Positions 10,195 to 20,611 of a stretch of DNA of 64,000 nt are shown one piece after another (position 1 is the stretch's first letter; the number at the start of each line of letters is the position of its first letter). The notes beneath the pieces were generated by a model. The model saw only the letters and a program-made list of their open reading frames with translations, was not told the DNA's origin and ran no database searches. The position numbers and the translations under genes were made by a program. Source of the stretch: Candidatus Gottesmanbacteria bacterium (GTDB lineage: Bacteria; Patescibacteriota; Microgenomatia; UBA10105; UBA927); assembly GCA_016214885.1 (NCBI GenBank), contig JACRMP010000005.1, positions 70,725-134,724 on the forward strand. Direction: 5' to 3'.

Positions 10195-10521
10195 TTAACG
10201 ACTACGCTGCATCTGTCCGGCGGGATTTATCGCCACCAAAAGCACCGCAACAGCAACTCCCAATATTGCAAGGCCTACCAGAACGCCGATAATCACAAAA
10301 AGATATTTATTTACCTGTTTGGCTTTGACCGGCAGGCTCTTCTTCCATCCCAAATGAAAAATAAGCCATGAGGGAAGTGTGTTGAATATTAATAGCAATA
10401 TCACCTGAATTTTTTCACCGGTAGACAGCGGGGCGTCAGGTGACGAATTTTTGATCGCCCTGTTCATAAGAAAAAATGAATATGCACACAGGAAAATAAT
10501 TACCAGCAATTGTAAGTCCAT
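10195..10521 (-). CDS. hypothetical membrane protein (3 TM)
   Basis: Hydrophobic ORF with SD GGAGGGG. Confidence 0.7.
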   Translation of the reverse strand: MDLQLLVIIFLCAYSFFLMNRAIKNSSPDAPLSTGEKIQVILLLIFNTLPSWLIFHLGWKKSLPVKAKQVNKYLFVIIGVLVGLAILGVAVAVLLVAINPAGQMQRSR

Positions 10522-10536
10522 ACTAATCCCCCTCCG

Positions 10537-12633
10537 TTATTTATTATAAAGCAAGTTGGGCGTACGCCGTTGGAGCAAAATAAAGGACGCTATATAGATA
10601 CCCATCGCGATAAACAATAACGGACTTATACCAGATATGTATGAAAGGAAACTTGTCATACCCCCGGCAAATGAACCGGCAAAATTACTTGCAAGAACCA
10701 TACGCTTATTTTTTGACCGGGAGAGGATCCATACAAATAGATAACTTGAAAAAAATAACGGACTGCTCAAAAACAATGTGGTAATTAAGGTTTTCCATCC
10801 CTGCGTATACACGTTAAAGCTGGAAAGCGGAACGAACGTGATAGTAATTAACGAAATAAACAAACATGCATACATATATTTCCACATACCTGAATGACGT
10901 ATATACAACAGATTTGCCGCTAAACTCATAACAAGGACTCCGGTAATTGCATAAAGATTTGTTACCCAGGTGTTACCAAAAATCAGCGAGGTCCGGGTAA
11001 TATTCATAAATTCCAGCAGCATAAATCCCGCTCCCAACAAAAACGGCGGCCATAAAAACCCCGTTCCGGATGATGTGCCCCTAGTCAACGATATAAATAT
11101 TACAACAAGAATTATACCGGTAACGATATGGGTTTTGGGTATATTCCTTGATTGCAGATATAAATACGGCCAGTCGTCTGTCAATGAGTTTAATGTGTTG
11201 CTATAGTAATTTAACCGGGGCGCAATAAACTCAGCTAATCCTTCAACATCATTTATCTTTTTATTTAGCAAACCGGAATCCCTGGCTCCGATAAATATCG
11301 TCCCTCCTCCGAAAAACGGTTCATCAACTGAATACACGACTGGTTGTTTATATGTTCCGGCGATTGCCTGGTATAACCGCTCACCAACCCAGGGGTGATA
11401 CACGCCGAACGATACATATATAATCCCGTCGGGTGCTAAGATTTTTTCTGTTTCCCTGAAACTTTCTGCAGTATACATATAATTATCCAGCTGAACATTT
11501 GTGATCATTGAATTTGTAGTATGAGAGTCAAGAAATCCCATAACGATAACATCGTATTGCCTCGCGGATTTTTTAAGAAATGATCTTCCGTCATCAATAA
11601 TAATATTTACCCTCGGGTCTGAATATGGTTTTTCGGGGTGATGTTTTTTTCCCAAAGAAATGACAACCGGATCGATTTCTACTGCATCAACCCTGTCCAC
11701 TGAAGCCCGCAGGGCAGCTGCCACATCATTACCGCCCCCTGCCCCCAATATCAAAACGTTTTTTGCACCGGGCTTTATAAGATACGGTGTGTCGTATATA
11801 TTTTTAAATTTTAGGTCGGATAATTCCGGATCATTTACTTCTGTAAGAAGCTCTTCATAATAACGGATATTTTTTTCGGACAGGTCGGGCAGACTCATAA
11901 ATCCCACATTATTAACGAGAATTGTCTTTTGCTTAGGCATGAGGCTGCTATAAGTTTCTTCCGCCAGCCCAAGTTTCTGGTACGGAGACCACTCCACATA
12001 CCCCTTTGTCATGGACAAAAGGTATGCCGCGGTTATAAGGACTAGGCAAGAAACGGATAACAACCGGTATCGGGGAAATATAAGCATGCACAAAAAAACT
12101 GCGCCAACAATAATGCCAGCATACGGCGATACATTTAATGAAGAAAAGAGGTAAAACAACCACAACCCTACGACAGAAAAAAATATATTTAACGAATACA
12201 AAATAACCGGATATTTTTGCTTATGGAAACATCCCCCCACATACTGACCTATGGGAGCGAATATGGCTATCACCAGCAGCAACAATACCGCTACCTGAAT
12301 GAATCCCCACACAACACCCAACGATGTGGTAATACCCGGCACATGCCAGATGACACTCTCATGAAGCGGCGCGATAAGTCCAGTTATGGATGAAAATATA
12401 TCGAACGCCAACAATAGTGCTAAAAGGGTTATACCGATAAGACTGATAACTAGCGGAATCTTCCGGGTCATAAACATACCGACACTCGACCCCATAAACA
12501 CCGCGAGCAGTATAATATTGGCCACATAGGCGAATATCCGTATTTCCGTACCGATAAGTCTGATAAAAACCAGCTCAAGAAACAAAAAAGCAACACTAAT
12601 CAGCGCCAGTTTCGTTATGTGCTTTTTGAACAT
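10537..12633 (-). CDS. multi-TM spermidine-synthase-like SAM-dependent transferase
   Basis: N-terminal TMs, WSPYQK, ILGAGGGND, VEIDP, DDGRSFL, TDDWPYLY, C-terminal TMs. Confidence 0.85.
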   Translation of the reverse strand: MFKKHITKLALISVAFLFLELVFIRLIGTEIRIFAYVANIILLAVFMGSSVGMFMTRKIPLVISLIGITLLALLLAFDIFSSITGLIAPLHESVIWHVPGITTSLGVVWGFIQVAVLLLLVIAIFAPIGQYVGGCFHKQKYPVILYSLNIFFSVVGLWLFYLFSSLNVSPYAGIIVGAVFLCMLIFPRYRLLSVSCLVLITAAYLLSMTKGYVEWSPYQKLGLAEETYSSLMPKQKTILVNNVGFMSLPDLSEKNIRYYEELLTEVNDPELSDLKFKNIYDTPYLIKPGAKNVLILGAGGGNDVAAALRASVDRVDAVEIDPVVISLGKKHHPEKPYSDPRVNIIIDDGRSFLKKSARQYDVIVMGFLDSHTTNSMITNVQLDNYMYTAESFRETEKILAPDGIIYVSFGVYHPWVGERLYQAIAGTYKQPVVYSVDEPFFGGGTIFIGARDSGLLNKKINDVEGLAEFIAPRLNYYSNTLNSLTDDWPYLYLQSRNIPKTHIVTGIILVVIFISLTRGTSSGTGFLWPPFLLGAGFMLLEFMNITRTSLIFGNTWVTNLYAITGVLVMSLAANLLYIRHSGMWKYMYACLFISLITITFVPLSSFNVYTQGWKTLITTLFLSSPLFFSSYLFVWILSRSKNKRMVLASNFAGSFAGGMTSFLSYISGISPLLFIAMGIYIASFILLQRRTPNLLYNK

Positions 12634-12659
12634 ATCTCTTCTGCGCTGTTGCCGGGAAT

Positions 12660-13487
12660 CTACTCTGCCCGGCAGCGACTTAGGGTAAATGAATCTATAA
12701 CATTGTTATCGATATTTATAGCTTTCCCCGTCATACCACATTTCGTTGCATCCATGTATACGAAATGATATTCCTTCGCATGGACCAATGATGTTTCTGC
12801 CAGCTCACCGAAATCGTACAGCGATGCGCCCCCGCCGCCGGTAATGATATAGGTGACGTTGTTAATGGGCTTCATGCGTTCATATTGGTGTTCATGCCCC
12901 GAAAACACAAAGTTCACACCATATTTATCCAACAGCGGAACAAGCTGCTCACGGACAGCTTTATTTCCTCCATGAGTGCTGCCCGATGAAAACGGAGGGT
13001 AATGAAAATATACAACTACCCATCTTTTCCCTTGAGCCAGCTTGAGATCTTCTTCTAACCACCCGATCATTTCTTCTTCTATCGATCCAACAACATCCAA
13101 AGATATAAAATGAACAGCCGGAGTATCAAAAGAATAATATTTATTTTTTGCAAAACGCGTAAGATACGGACCGAGATTATCCGTCACATAATCATGGTTG
13201 CCGGGAGCCGGATAAAAAGGCGTTTTCTTGAGAATCGGTGCGTATACATCAAAAAAATTCTTTTGCAACTCTTCTTCTGTACCGGCATCGTAGGCAATAT
13301 CGCCCGTGTGGAGAATCAAATCAACCGGATACTGCTCCATAACTCCTGCCAGCTTTATCTGCGCTTCACTTCCTGTGCCGCTGTCCCCGAACACAATAAA
13401 AGTAATCGGGTTATTTGCTCCCTGTACGCCGAAAAAAGACAAAAGTGCTATCCACACAGCAGTAAGATAGGTGATAAAAGCCTGCAT
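12660..13487 (-). CDS. secreted metallophosphoesterase (purple acid phosphatase-like)
   Basis: FGDSG, TGDIAY, GNHD, GHEH motifs; signal peptide. Confidence 0.9.
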   Translation of the reverse strand: MQAFITYLTAVWIALLSFFGVQGANNPITFIVFGDSGTGSEAQIKLAGVMEQYPVDLILHTGDIAYDAGTEEELQKNFFDVYAPILKKTPFYPAPGNHDYVTDNLGPYLTRFAKNKYYSFDTPAVHFISLDVVGSIEEEMIGWLEEDLKLAQGKRWVVVYFHYPPFSSGSTHGGNKAVREQLVPLLDKYGVNFVFSGHEHQYERMKPINNVTYIITGGGGASLYDFGELAETSLVHAKEYHFVYMDATKCGMTGKAINIDNNVIDSFTLSRCRAE

Positions 13488-13492
13488 ATTTT

Positions 13493-14923
13493 CTAAAAAA
13501 TAGACCGTGATACCCGCGGCTTAATTGCTTTAAGCGCGGTGTTTACAGAGGCTCCTCTTACCCTTCTGTCAGAATATACAGGCTCACCGCCGGACTCCGG
13601 CCCTTCCGGCGTAAACTGTAACGCTGCGTCGCCGCCCAACGGCATAGTTGTCAGAAAAAATCCGCTGTCGCTAATTAGCTCCCTTCCCGGTGTTGTGTAC
13701 CGGTATATGTAAGGAAACGCCTGACGAATCGTGTCATATGACAACCCCACGCCGAGACTGGCGACAACCCCCCCGGGTTTAAGTATGTTTTTAACCTGAT
13801 CAAAAAATTCAAGAGTAAAAAACCCGCTGTAATACGGATCGATGATGCTATGATCAAGAAGTACAATGTCGTATTTTTTTTCGGTAAACCGGATGTAATT
13901 ACGGAAGTCTTTCATAATAACCCGCGAACGCGGATCGGTGATGACTACCTTATACTCTTCAGGGAAATATATCTCCCCTGCTTCCAACACCGGTCCGGTA
14001 TTTTCTACCGTGTCGACACTGGTTGTTTTTGATGAAGATAAATACGCCGCTGATGAAACGCCGCTGCCGTATCCTAACAGCAGGACATCGGCTTTATCTC
14101 CCACAGCTTCAAGTGTGGTTTCCGCCCATTGGGCATGCACTGATTTATCCCAACCATAGCTATAATATTCGTGCACATTATTTACCGTCATTTCTATAGC
14201 CTCCCCATCCGGGGTCCTCCAGATCTCCACAAGCCCCGAAGGGCTGTATCTGCGGAAAAGCAAATCATCAAAACGGTACAGTCTTTCATTGATGCTATTG
14301 GTTTTTATAATCCACGCAATAACAAAAGCAACGAGTATGAAAATTACTGCGTTAGACTTCTTAACAAAGGGATGAATAAGCAATACGGTGACCGTTGTAC
14401 ACAACACGGCAAATACATAGGCAGACTGCTGACCAAACAAATACACAAAAACGTATCCGTACAGCAAACCGCCTATCACATTCCCCAATGTACTAATAGC
14501 GTAGATATATATTATGTACCGCTCTCCCTTGTGATACAGCAGTTCAATAATGGTGGTATAAGCAGCTCCGGCAATAAATGAAGGTATAAATGTAACCAAA
14601 ATAAAATATCCGATAACAAGCCACTGATGAGGACTTATATAGACAAAATAGTCTTTTGTCGTATAAAAAAGCAGAACAAAAATCAGAAGGCTCGCCTCCA
14701 ATAAGGCAAATTTTCTCCGTGAGTCTTTTTCCTTTTTTGACTTGAACCGTTTCCACAGCCCTACGTACGTACCTATGGCAAGACCCGCTAAAAATACCGA
14801 AATGATAAGCGAATTAGAGAACGCGCTGGAACCAATCACATATACAAATTCACGCAGCAGCGAAAGCTCCAGCATGAGCGACACAATGCCGGCACAAAAT
14901 ATGGCGGTAAATATTCTTATCAT
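13493..14923 (-). CDS. fused MFS-like membrane / spermidine-synthase-like protein
   Basis: About 7 N-terminal TMs; LLGYGSG, DFRNYI, YDIVLLD, FTLEFF..LKPGG. Confidence 0.85.
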   Translation of the reverse strand: MIRIFTAIFCAGIVSLMLELSLLREFVYVIGSSAFSNSLIISVFLAGLAIGTYVGLWKRFKSKKEKDSRRKFALLEASLLIFVLLFYTTKDYFVYISPHQWLVIGYFILVTFIPSFIAGAAYTTIIELLYHKGERYIIYIYAISTLGNVIGGLLYGYVFVYLFGQQSAYVFAVLCTTVTVLLIHPFVKKSNAVIFILVAFVIAWIIKTNSINERLYRFDDLLFRRYSPSGLVEIWRTPDGEAIEMTVNNVHEYYSYGWDKSVHAQWAETTLEAVGDKADVLLLGYGSGVSSAAYLSSSKTTSVDTVENTGPVLEAGEIYFPEEYKVVITDPRSRVIMKDFRNYIRFTEKKYDIVLLDHSIIDPYYSGFFTLEFFDQVKNILKPGGVVASLGVGLSYDTIRQAFPYIYRYTTPGRELISDSGFFLTTMPLGGDAALQFTPEGPESGGEPVYSDRRVRGASVNTALKAIKPRVSRSIF

Positions 14924-14944
14924 TATTATCGAGATAGTTTTTCT

Positions 14945-15454
14945 TTATTCCGTGTAGTGCCGGCTGATTGTTTTTATTGTCAGAATAACGGGTACTGTCA
15001 GGAATGCCCCCCACATACCGAACAGAAACGTACCCATCACAACAAAAACCAAAAGCACCACCGGATGTACCCCTGAGGATTTGCCGATAAGATACGGAGA
15101 AAGAAAATAATCGATAATAAAGTTAAGAATACCGTACATTGCTATTACAACAACACCCTCGAACAGCACCGACATGCCCGGCAAGAACCGGATTGAGTCA
15201 AATACTGCAATGGCAGAAACAATAATACCCGCAACGGTCATACCCAATATCGGAATAACTGAAAGCGAACCTGTCATCACGGCAAGAAGCAAAGGAAACT
15301 GCACGCCGATAACTGTTAACGCCATCCAGGAGACTATGGTGACCGCGAGCATGAGAATCATCTGCGTTTTTATGTAACTTGTCAGCACACTGATAATTTT
15401 TTCCGGCAGATGTATTTGCGGTTTCTGCGCCTGTTTTTTAGTTATTTTTGTCAT
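14945..15454 (-). CDS. AI-2E family transporter, C-terminal half only
   Basis: IPILG, LSPYLIGKSSGVHP, GMWGAFLTVP; TATAAT 7 nt before ATG 15454. Confidence 0.75.
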   Translation of the reverse strand: MTKITKKQAQKPQIHLPEKIISVLTSYIKTQMILMLAVTIVSWMALTVIGVQFPLLLAVMTGSLSVIPILGMTVAGIIVSAIAVFDSIRFLPGMSVLFEGVVVIAMYGILNFIIDYFLSPYLIGKSSGVHPVVLLVFVVMGTFLFGMWGAFLTVPVILTIKTISRHYTE

Positions 15455-15612
15455 ATATTCCATTATAGCAATATATAATTCAACGGGCTTCCGCAGTGTA
15501 TATTACAATTAACGTGCCTTAGGTAAGTTGGTTAAATGCTTTATGTAAGTATCTGCAGGCAAAGGGCTCTATACAATTTTCCCTTGATAAACCCATCCCG
15601 CTCCCGCTTATC

Positions 15613-15642
15613 AAAAAATTGTTGCCTACCGGGCGCAACAAT
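15613..15642 (-). terminator. intrinsic terminator of the PLP-enzyme gene
   Basis: Minus-strand stem ATTGTTGC/GCAACAAT followed by a T run. Confidence 0.6.
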
Positions 15643-15687
15643 CTCAGAAGGAAAATTTATAACAACTAACACATGGCATAGCAGGCA

Positions 15688-17109
15688 TCACAGCGCATCA
15701 ATAAGTAACCGGGCAAGATCGCCAATCTCCTGCTCCGTTTCAGTGCCGGGAGAAATCCGTAAAAAAGGCTTCTCATAGTGTGTATGCATGGCAACCGTGT
15801 ACACCCTTGTCGTATGAAATCCAAAACTTGTTCCGTGAACCAACGGTATACCACGTTGCTTAGCTATTTTCATCACTTTTTTGATGTATCCATCAAATGT
15901 CCGCAGTGGGTGTTCTTTCCAAAAAAGCATGAAATATGCACCATTAAACCCATCGCTCTCCGGATAACGGACCGAGACTCCCAAACGCTTTACTTTATCG
16001 TTATGAAAAAATAATCGCGCCATAAGTGCAGCATTCCGGGCAAGCCTGATAATGTACCGGGTGGCAATATGCCGGCTTGGAGTGGGCAATGAGGCTATGG
16101 TTGCATCGGGGCATATCGTACCCGCATGATCACGGTAATCGTACAGCTTCATGGCGGCAAATCCCGTTCCCCAAACTACCCCTGCGGTTACCCTATCACA
16201 ACCGAACTGCAGAAATTTATTCTGACTTTCCACGCCGATAAGCATCACGCCAGAAGGCACCCGCCATTTTCCGGAAAGCGGTCGCATGAAGCTGCTCGCC
16301 GAAACATCAGCCACAACATATGTTTGAGAATATCCTGAACGCTTCATAATCGATAAAAGCACCGGGATATCCACTATCCGCATAGCGGGTTCATTTCCGA
16401 TCGTATCAGCAAATATTGCCGCTGGTTTATATTTATGCACTGCGTCCGCAGTGCTATGCATATCAGAAAAATCAACAGAAACGATACGTGTACCAAATAG
16501 GGAATGCAATAATTGTTTTGTTTCAAAATAGCAGGATTCTCCCATGAGGACTGCAGTATCTTTGGGTATTTCGCCCAACACCATGAGCGCAGCTGTTGTC
16601 AACGCAGCCATGCCGCTGTTTGTTGCATAAGTATAGACGGGGATGGTAAGCGGCAGGGGAACATACGCACGTCTATATTGTTTTTCGAATAATTCACCGA
16701 GAGCGTGCTGATCCCTGGTGTAATCGTTAAAGTGGGCAAGTATTTTCCCTTTTCGGCTCCCCGCCTGGTCAACCACTGATTGGTCAATCGCCGGTGATTG
16801 CCAATGAGAAGCAACAATTACACTTCCCACAATTCCCGAAACAGCATGAATATCGCTAATAATCAGCTGTTTTTCCTTGTATAACAGCGGGGGTTGCATA
16901 CTGTTTTCCGGCGCATCTACTTTTGCCCTGAATGCTTCTACCCTTTTTGTCAGACTTTCTATTACCGCAATGAGAGATCTTACTTCCTGCCGTTGCCGGT
17001 AGGATACATTCCCGCACCTCCTCGCCAGATCGTCTACGAGATACCGGAAAAGCCCGGCATCTTCTCGTAAGTCATCGCGGATTTTTCCGATACACCCACT
17101 CTGCTGCAT
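15688..17109 (-). CDS. Cys/Met-metabolism family PLP-dependent enzyme (divergent)
   Basis: NSGMAAL, DTIGNEP, ESQNKFLQFGCD (PLP Lys), LRISPGTE. Confidence 0.75.
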   Translation of the reverse strand: MQQSGCIGKIRDDLREDAGLFRYLVDDLARRCGNVSYRQRQEVRSLIAVIESLTKRVEAFRAKVDAPENSMQPPLLYKEKQLIISDIHAVSGIVGSVIVASHWQSPAIDQSVVDQAGSRKGKILAHFNDYTRDQHALGELFEKQYRRAYVPLPLTIPVYTYATNSGMAALTTAALMVLGEIPKDTAVLMGESCYFETKQLLHSLFGTRIVSVDFSDMHSTADAVHKYKPAAIFADTIGNEPAMRIVDIPVLLSIMKRSGYSQTYVVADVSASSFMRPLSGKWRVPSGVMLIGVESQNKFLQFGCDRVTAGVVWGTGFAAMKLYDYRDHAGTICPDATIASLPTPSRHIATRYIIRLARNAALMARLFFHNDKVKRLGVSVRYPESDGFNGAYFMLFWKEHPLRTFDGYIKKVMKIAKQRGIPLVHGTSFGFHTTRVYTVAMHTHYEKPFLRISPGTETEQEIGDLARLLIDAL

Positions 17110-17158
17110 ATGTACCGAAGTATATCACCGGCCAGCACCTGCCTGGTACAATATAATT

Positions 17159-18001
17159 ATGAAACGCATCGCGGTAGTCACCTACGAAGGCCGGCCGCAC
17201 CTTACCAAATCCGACGCCTGTATCGTCCCCCTGCTTGAACAAAAAAATGTCGAAGTGGTTGGCATACCATGGACAAAATCCGTTGACTGGCGGGATTTTT
17301 CCTTAGTACTCATCCGGTCACCCTGGGATTATCACCTACATTACCAAAAATTTCTGTCGTGGATAAACACACTTAAACAAAATAGGGTCAATGTGTGGAA
17401 CCCGCCCGACACCATCAGGTGGAACAGTGACAAGAGCTATATGACCACACGGATTGACCCGGCAACACCTACCACTCCGACCATTTTTGTAGCAAAAAAA
17501 GAAGACATTCCGGAGGCGTCACCTTGGAAGGATGTTGTTGTTAAGCCATCAGTCGGTGCCTCCTCATATAAAACAAAACGCTATACGGGCACTGACATCA
17601 AAGGCTGGCAGAAGCACCTATCTTTATTAGTAAAAGACCGAGGAGCTCTTTTTCAGCAATATCTCCCCGAAATACAACACGGTGAGTATTCCCTCATGTT
17701 TTTTGATAAGGAGTTCAGCCATGCGATTATAAAAAAGCCTCAAGCCGGAGAGTTCCGGATACAGCCAGAATTCGGCGGCACTGTTTCACCGGTCGTGCCG
17801 GCGCAATCGGTCATACAATCCGCCCGGCAAATCCTGCTTTCCCTGACTGATCCGCTTTTATATGCACGCGTTGACGGATTAATCGTTAATAACGCATTTA
17901 TGCTCATGGAAATTGAACTCTGTGAGCCGGAGTTATTTTTGGATACCGACAAGCATGCACCGGAGCAATTTGTTAACGTAATACTCAAGTATCTTAAATA
18001 G
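17159..18001 (+). CDS. ATP-grasp ligase (RimK/glutathione synthetase-like)
   Basis: IRSPWDY, WNSDKSY, VVKPSVGASS, YARVD, MEIELCEP. Confidence 0.85.
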   Translation: MKRIAVVTYEGRPHLTKSDACIVPLLEQKNVEVVGIPWTKSVDWRDFSLVLIRSPWDYHLHYQKFLSWINTLKQNRVNVWNPPDTIRWNSDKSYMTTRIDPATPTTPTIFVAKKEDIPEASPWKDVVVKPSVGASSYKTKRYTGTDIKGWQKHLSLLVKDRGALFQQYLPEIQHGEYSLMFFDKEFSHAIIKKPQAGEFRIQPEFGGTVSPVVPAQSVIQSARQILLSLTDPLLYARVDGLIVNNAFMLMEIELCEPELFLDTDKHAPEQFVNVILKYLK

Positions 18002-18121
18002 TGTTACTGTGTCGCTTCAGCCACATATAAACAACTAATATAGCAATGGATTATTTACACGAAGAATGCATACCGCTCTGATGAACAAATGCCCAGGATT
18101 TTAAACCGTAGTGGAAATAAT

Positions 18122-18565
18122 TTAATGCCAGCCTTTTGCCGGAGGCGCTGATGGCGCCGACTGCTCCATAGAAGCCCTGATTACCCGTTCGCCGACGATA
18201 ATATCGTGACGGGTCTGCTCACTCATGTTGTGCTTGGTTAATTTAGAAAGGGAAATCCATTTGGTCTGTTCTTTGTTCGCTAGCTTCTTCGGGATAATAT
18301 CCGTTACTTCTATATAAAAAATATAATGGGTTCCGAATTTTTCGTGGACATAATCGTAAATCGGACGAATATGCGATGCATCTATGGAAGATCCAATCGC
18401 CTCCTCAACACACTTCTTAAACACGGCCAGAGGTTCACTTTTTTTGTCACTTTTACCACGGAAAAGAACAAACTTTATTTCTTCACCGTAAGACTGTTGT
18501 TGCAAGAGAATTTGTTGTGAGGCAGAATGATAAAAAAATCCGCTTGCATAAAATGATTTATGCAC
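18122..18565 (-). CDS. hypothetical protein, degenerate NUDIX-like fold
   Basis: YASGFFYH..QILLQQ start and degenerate Nudix box; TATAAT 6 nt before GTG. Confidence 0.6.
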   Translation of the reverse strand: MHKSFYASGFFYHSASQQILLQQQSYGEEIKFVLFRGKSDKKSEPLAVFKKCVEEAIGSSIDASHIRPIYDYVHEKFGTHYIFYIEVTDIIPKKLANKEQTKWISLSKLTKHNMSEQTRHDIIVGERVIRASMEQSAPSAPPAKGWH

Positions 18566-18623
18566 TTCTCTATTATACCTGGATTAACCTCAAAAGTCAC
18601 GCACAGGTATATAATGATCAGGC

Positions 18624-20609
18624 ATGTCCTTTGCTCACCGTTCAAGCCGGTATACGATAAAACGCATCACTGTTTTCGGATGTGTTTTACTCCTGTCTCT
18701 GACGGCTTTTTGGCGGCTTACCGGCCTTCGCATTGTTTATGTCTCTCCGCAGGGTGATGACGTAAATCCTGGCACAAAAACGCTTCCTGTCCGCAGTATT
18801 CAGCGGGGAGTTAATCTTGCCCAACGAGGCGGCCTTATTGAAATCCTTCAGGGTGACTACCGGGAAACGGTACACATACCTCATCAGAACAAAGCCCTTC
18901 CCCTTATTCTCCGCGCGGAGAATAAAAAAGGCAAACATGCGGTTCTTTTGGGCTCCGAACCGTCTTCAGATCTTTTATGGAATACTTGCACAGATGCAAC
19001 ATGCAAAGAAGTTGCGCCACAAGCGAGACGGCTTACCTATGTTACCGAAATTCCCTGGGATGAGCCACCCACAATGCTAATCTATAAAAATAAAAACGGG
19101 ACTGACCGGCTTCTCACTCTCGCAAGAAGCCCCAATCAAAAAATAAGCGATAAAAATAAATACCACGAGCATTGGTGGAATTCCGATAACCCGGGCACAT
19201 CTCTTACCGCACTCTCCGACATCAATCACCTTTCCAATGCCCCGTCATTAACTGGTGGGCGGGCGTATATTATCGATGGAGCTGACCGTTGCGGCACCTA
19301 TTTATATACCCGCGCCATCACCGGCTATAACCCACAATCTGCTTCATTTACCGTAGATATGCCCATTGGTGCTCAAACTTACGGCACCCAGGAATCAGGC
19401 CTCAGTGCCTATTCCAAATATTTCATAGAAAACGCTGCGGGATTATTGGATGTACCCGGAGAATGGTTTTATGATCAATCAGCCAAAAAACTTTATCTTT
19501 TTCCCCCGGAGCCTGTTAACCCAAGGGAGCTATCCATTGAAATTGCCAGAAGAAACACGGGAGTACTCGTCGACAGGTCAAGGGTTTCTTTACTGAATCT
19601 CACAATAAAAAATACAAATGATGCCACCTACTCCGACAAAAACACGGGGGCGGTTGTTATGAGCCCTGGAAAAAACCTCCATGCCATACGGATTAAAAAT
19701 ATAACCATACAGAATGCAGGAAACGGTATTTCGGGAATCCCGCTCACTACCGGAAGCATCCGCAACGTTTCTATTGATTCATCTTATATACAAAACGTTT
19801 CAAAATCGGCAATTTCCTTTATGGGCCTGCAGGATGTAATGGATACCATCACCGGAATAACCGTGCGGAATTCATCTATAACAGATACAGGATTTCCGCT
19901 CAACGAACCTGCAGTTGCCATTGTGCGCTCATCTGACGTGTATATACATAAAAATACCATCACCGACACTGCAAGCTATGGCATCCACGTCACGGGCTTT
20001 GAAAAAGCACCTATCGTATCCCGCAACATAACAATTGCCCGTAATTCGGTCAGCCGGACATGTCAAAATGCTTCATCATGTGCCGCGGTTAAAATCTTCG
20101 GGGGTAAATTTGTATACACCATGGTAAAAAATAACACGCTAAGCGAAAATCTTGGCTGGTCGTATTGTCATGCATTAAAAAACAACTCACAGGGGTATGC
20201 AATGGGAGTTTTTATCAGTAACGCCGGGGGAATTTCTGTTGCGCGCAATACGTCGATTAACAACAGTGGACCCGCATTTTTGGCCTATACCCGGCAGATA
20301 CCCGCAACAAATAATATTTTTTTTCGTAATACAGCAGCATATTCCTCGGTGGGCATCTCCCTTGACGGGGCAACCGGTGAACTTGATGCTGATCCCGTCG
20401 CCGACCGCACCCGCCACCGGGATACGCATCTTATAAAAAATAAGCTTCAGAATAACGGCATTGGCATAAGACTTGATCCTTACAATCAGGGCGCCCTCCG
20501 GGTAAGGCATAACTCATATGTCCAAAATGGGATAGCCCTTGTATACGGGAACAAAGAAGTGGTCGTGCCATCCGATATAAATATCGTCTTCCCTTTATGG
20601 GAAAAATGA
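18624..20609 (+). CDS. exported right-handed parallel beta-helix protein (DUF1565/pectin-lyase fold)
   Basis: Signal/TM; YVSPQGDDVNPGT..P.RSIQ; LLDVPGEWFYD; repeated I..N.I beta-helix rungs. Confidence 0.85.
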   Translation: MSFAHRSSRYTIKRITVFGCVLLLSLTAFWRLTGLRIVYVSPQGDDVNPGTKTLPVRSIQRGVNLAQRGGLIEILQGDYRETVHIPHQNKALPLILRAENKKGKHAVLLGSEPSSDLLWNTCTDATCKEVAPQARRLTYVTEIPWDEPPTMLIYKNKNGTDRLLTLARSPNQKISDKNKYHEHWWNSDNPGTSLTALSDINHLSNAPSLTGGRAYIIDGADRCGTYLYTRAITGYNPQSASFTVDMPIGAQTYGTQESGLSAYSKYFIENAAGLLDVPGEWFYDQSAKKLYLFPPEPVNPRELSIEIARRNTGVLVDRSRVSLLNLTIKNTNDATYSDKNTGAVVMSPGKNLHAIRIKNITIQNAGNGISGIPLTTGSIRNVSIDSSYIQNVSKSAISFMGLQDVMDTITGITVRNSSITDTGFPLNEPAVAIVRSSDVYIHKNTITDTASYGIHVTGFEKAPIVSRNITIARNSVSRTCQNASSCAAVKIFGGKFVYTMVKNNTLSENLGWSYCHALKNNSQGYAMGVFISNAGGISVARNTSINNSGPAFLAYTRQIPATNNIFFRNTAAYSSVGISLDGATGELDADPVADRTRHRDTHLIKNKLQNNGIGIRLDPYNQGALRVRHNSYVQNGIALVYGNKEVVVPSDINIVFPLWEK

Positions 20610-20611
20610 AG

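Noticed and set aside
15570-15661. TPP riboswitch suggested by minus-strand CTGAGA and several stems
   Set aside because: Other TPP core motifs are absent; the main hairpin with T tract is explained as a terminator
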